Part shown: piece after piece, positions 31,843 through 33,288 of the stretch
How the letters are laid out: each line of letters begins with the position of its first letter
Position numbering within the stretch: the first letter of the stretch is position 1
Assembly: GCA_964638785.1 (NCBI GenBank)
Contig: CAZWYZ010000002.1
Location: 5,022 to 38,309 of the forward strand
DNA: 33,288 bases
Origin: an uncultured Pseudomonadales bacterium
GTDB lineage: Bacteria; Patescibacteriota; Microgenomatia; UBA1400; UBA12028
Reading direction: 5' to 3'
Notes under the pieces: generated by a model
What the model saw: only the letters and a program-made list of their open reading frames with translations
What the model was told of the DNA's origin: nothing
Database searches by the model: none
Made by a program: the position numbers and the translations under genes

Positions 31843-31871
31843 TTACGTCTTGAGTAAAACTTTGGTATACT
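31843..31871 (+). promoter_or_regulatory. promoter TTACGT-17-TATACT upstream of rpmB
   Basis: -35 at 31843-31848, a 17-nt spacer ending in TGG, -10 at 31866-31871, and the ATG 9 nt further downstream. Confidence 0.5.
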
Positions 31872-31880
31872 ACCCCTTCT

Positions 31881-32081
31881 ATGGCAACATCTTGTTTTTT
31901 CTGTCAAAAAAGTGCAAATCATGGAAACAACGTTTCCCACGCAAAGAATCGCACCAAAAGACTTCGTAAACCAAACTTACACGCAAAAAACCTCATGATC
32001 GATGGGGTGCGACGCAAAGTGTCAGTGTGTTCACGCTGCTTGAGTAAACTCAAGGTTCCAGCTGCTGCTGCAACAGTTTAA
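31881..32081 (+). CDS. rpmB: 50S ribosomal protein L28
   Basis: C..C...GNNVSHA.NRTKR...PNLH pattern in a 66-aa protein. Confidence 0.9.
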   Translation: MATSCFFCQKSANHGNNVSHAKNRTKRLRKPNLHAKNLMIDGVRRKVSVCSRCLSKLKVPAAAATV

Positions 32082-32085
32082 TTTC

Positions 32086-33018
32086 TCAGGCTGAGTTATA
32101 TTTCTTTGGAGTCTCCCCCTCGACTTGAACGTCATCTAGGAGTAGCTTTTCGCCATCAAGATGGAATGAAAGAAGCTTCATTCTTTTTTGCGTCCCTTTT
32201 TCCTCAATACGTGTCCAGAGTCCTGGCCATGGTGAAAAACCTCGCCAGAGATCGTAGAGTGCTTGGCCAGTAGTTTCTTTCGAGTACGATGACAGGAAGG
32301 GAATAGACTGCCCAACGAGCACATCATCAACGGAAGGAGCCTGGAGGATACGCTCAAGGGTCTCAAACGGTATAAAACCATCATCCCGTGTGAGCATTCG
32401 AGCAGTCGGAGTAGGAGACTTATCTGGTTGTGGTGACTCATGCGCATTCGAACAATAGTCTGAAAGAATTGATGCGAGTTGCTTCGTTACCAGTGAGAAG
32501 GCATGGGTGTAGTAGTCGGGTGTGGTCCATGATGCAGGTACATCAAACGGGATGGAGGTTAAAATCGGGCCATGATCAAGCAGTGCATCCATTTTCATGA
32601 CGGTCACAGCTGATTTCTTTTCCCCAAATGCAAGCGCAAACTGTCCGGGGCTACTTCCACGATACTTGGGTAATTCAGATGGATGAATATTGACAGGTGC
32701 AATGGATGGAAAATCTAACAGCCATTGCGGGACAATATAGCCAAAATCGACGACAAGCAACAGTGCTGGTGCCTGAAACGTTTCACGTATCTTCTGTTGA
32801 AGTGCGGCATCAATCTTTTTTTCTATCAAGAGAGAGGGGATCGACCGCTTCTCCGCCCATACGTGGAGAGGGTTTTTGGTCAACACTTGTTTGCGACCAA
32901 TGAGTTTTGGAGCAGGAGTAATTACACCTGTGAGTGTAAACCTTGAATCTTCTTCAAGTGCTTGTGCACACTGGAGAGTGCGCTCTGTTGATCCGGCGAC
33001 TATGACTGAGTAGTTCAT
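32086..33018 (-). CDS. fmt: methionyl-tRNA formyltransferase
   Basis: VNIHPSELPKYRGSSPGQ (formyltransferase motif), the N-terminal Rossmann segment VIVAGS, and a position downstream of def. Start set at MNYSV (33018). Confidence 0.85.
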   Translation of the reverse strand: MNYSVIVAGSTERTLQCAQALEEDSRFTLTGVITPAPKLIGRKQVLTKNPLHVWAEKRSIPSLLIEKKIDAALQQKIRETFQAPALLLVVDFGYIVPQWLLDFPSIAPVNIHPSELPKYRGSSPGQFALAFGEKKSAVTVMKMDALLDHGPILTSIPFDVPASWTTPDYYTHAFSLVTKQLASILSDYCSNAHESPQPDKSPTPTARMLTRDDGFIPFETLERILQAPSVDDVLVGQSIPFLSSYSKETTGQALYDLWRGFSPWPGLWTRIEEKGTQKRMKLLSFHLDGEKLLLDDVQVEGETPKKYNSA

Positions 33019-33019
33019 G

Positions 33020-33288
33020 TTAAAACACTTTGACAATATCTTTCGAAACCTCTTTCATCTTTTTGCCCACGAACTCATAGATTGGCAAGTCCATTTTCAA
33101 TGAGTAGTCCGTAAAGAGCACTCCTTGCAAATGGTCATACTCATGCTGGATTACACGGGCATCAAAATCGGAATACTTCTCAACTATTTTCTTCCCACCT
33201 TCAACAGTCTCAAGCGTGGAATACTCAATCTTTACCCATTCCCATCGCGGAACTGGACCGTAGATTCCGGGGATAGATAAACAACCTT
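33020..33288 (-). CDS. def: peptide deformylase (C-terminal part; 5' end outside the window)
   Basis: Manual translation of the minus strand gives GCLSIPG ... QHEYDHLQGVLF (deformylase motifs 2 and 3). The stop TAA is at 33020-33022, 1 nt from the fmt start. Confidence 0.85.
   Translation of the reverse strand, partial: GCLSIPGIYGPVPRWEWVKIEYSTLETVEGGKKIVEKYSDFDARVIQHEYDHLQGVLFTDYSLKMDLPIYEFVGKKMKEVSKDIVKVF

Overview
The window appears to come from a small, moderately AT-rich bacterial genome. The gene content (def-fmt, rpmB, glmS, ldh, few biosynthetic genes, many leaderless-looking genes, Cys-motif secreted proteins) suggests a Patescibacteria/CPR-like organism; this is inference. TGA is used as a stop codon (copA), so the standard code applies. 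The window has two distinct parts. (1) From 259 to about 10.0 kb, a tRNA-Trp(CCA) gene is followed by about 13 compact single-gene cassettes, 11 of them on the same strand as the tRNA. The cassettes are separated by a family of 30-108 nt junction repeats. The conserved left box of these repeats (AGGTTCGAACATCCTCCACGAGTCCCTGCAAAT) resembles the T-arm and acceptor 3' half of that tRNA. The optional right box (GGCTCGAACCTAA) is the inverted complement of the start of the left box. In 7 cases the repeat supplies the TAG stop codon of the upstream ORF. Every cassette ORF has a -10 hexamer 6-7 nt upstream of its ATG and no Shine-Dalgarno sequence, so the mRNAs look leaderless. Cassette cargo is typical accessory enzymology: HIT, two histidine phosphatases, two GNAT-like proteins, two methyltransferase-like proteins, CYTH, an alpha/beta hydrolase, a membrane hydrolase, two paralogous unknowns and other unknowns. 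No recombinase is visible in the window. I read this as an integron-like (CALIN-like) but non-canonical cassette platform anchored in a tRNA gene, and it is the main candidate for a novel system. (2) From 10 to 33 kb the content looks like ordinary core genome. It contains two secreted proteins, a RimJ-like GNAT, an unusual VKOR-DHODH fusion, a Crp/Fnr regulator, ldh, a copper cluster (ArsR-YHS, DUF305, copA, a membrane-cupredoxin protein, copZ), DUF1653, DUF378, glmS with a long structured leader, a frameshifted Ca-type P-type ATPase, DUF1295, an APC permease, an M50 protease, rpmB, fmt and a partial def. All family assignments rest on motif recognition by eye; no searches were run.
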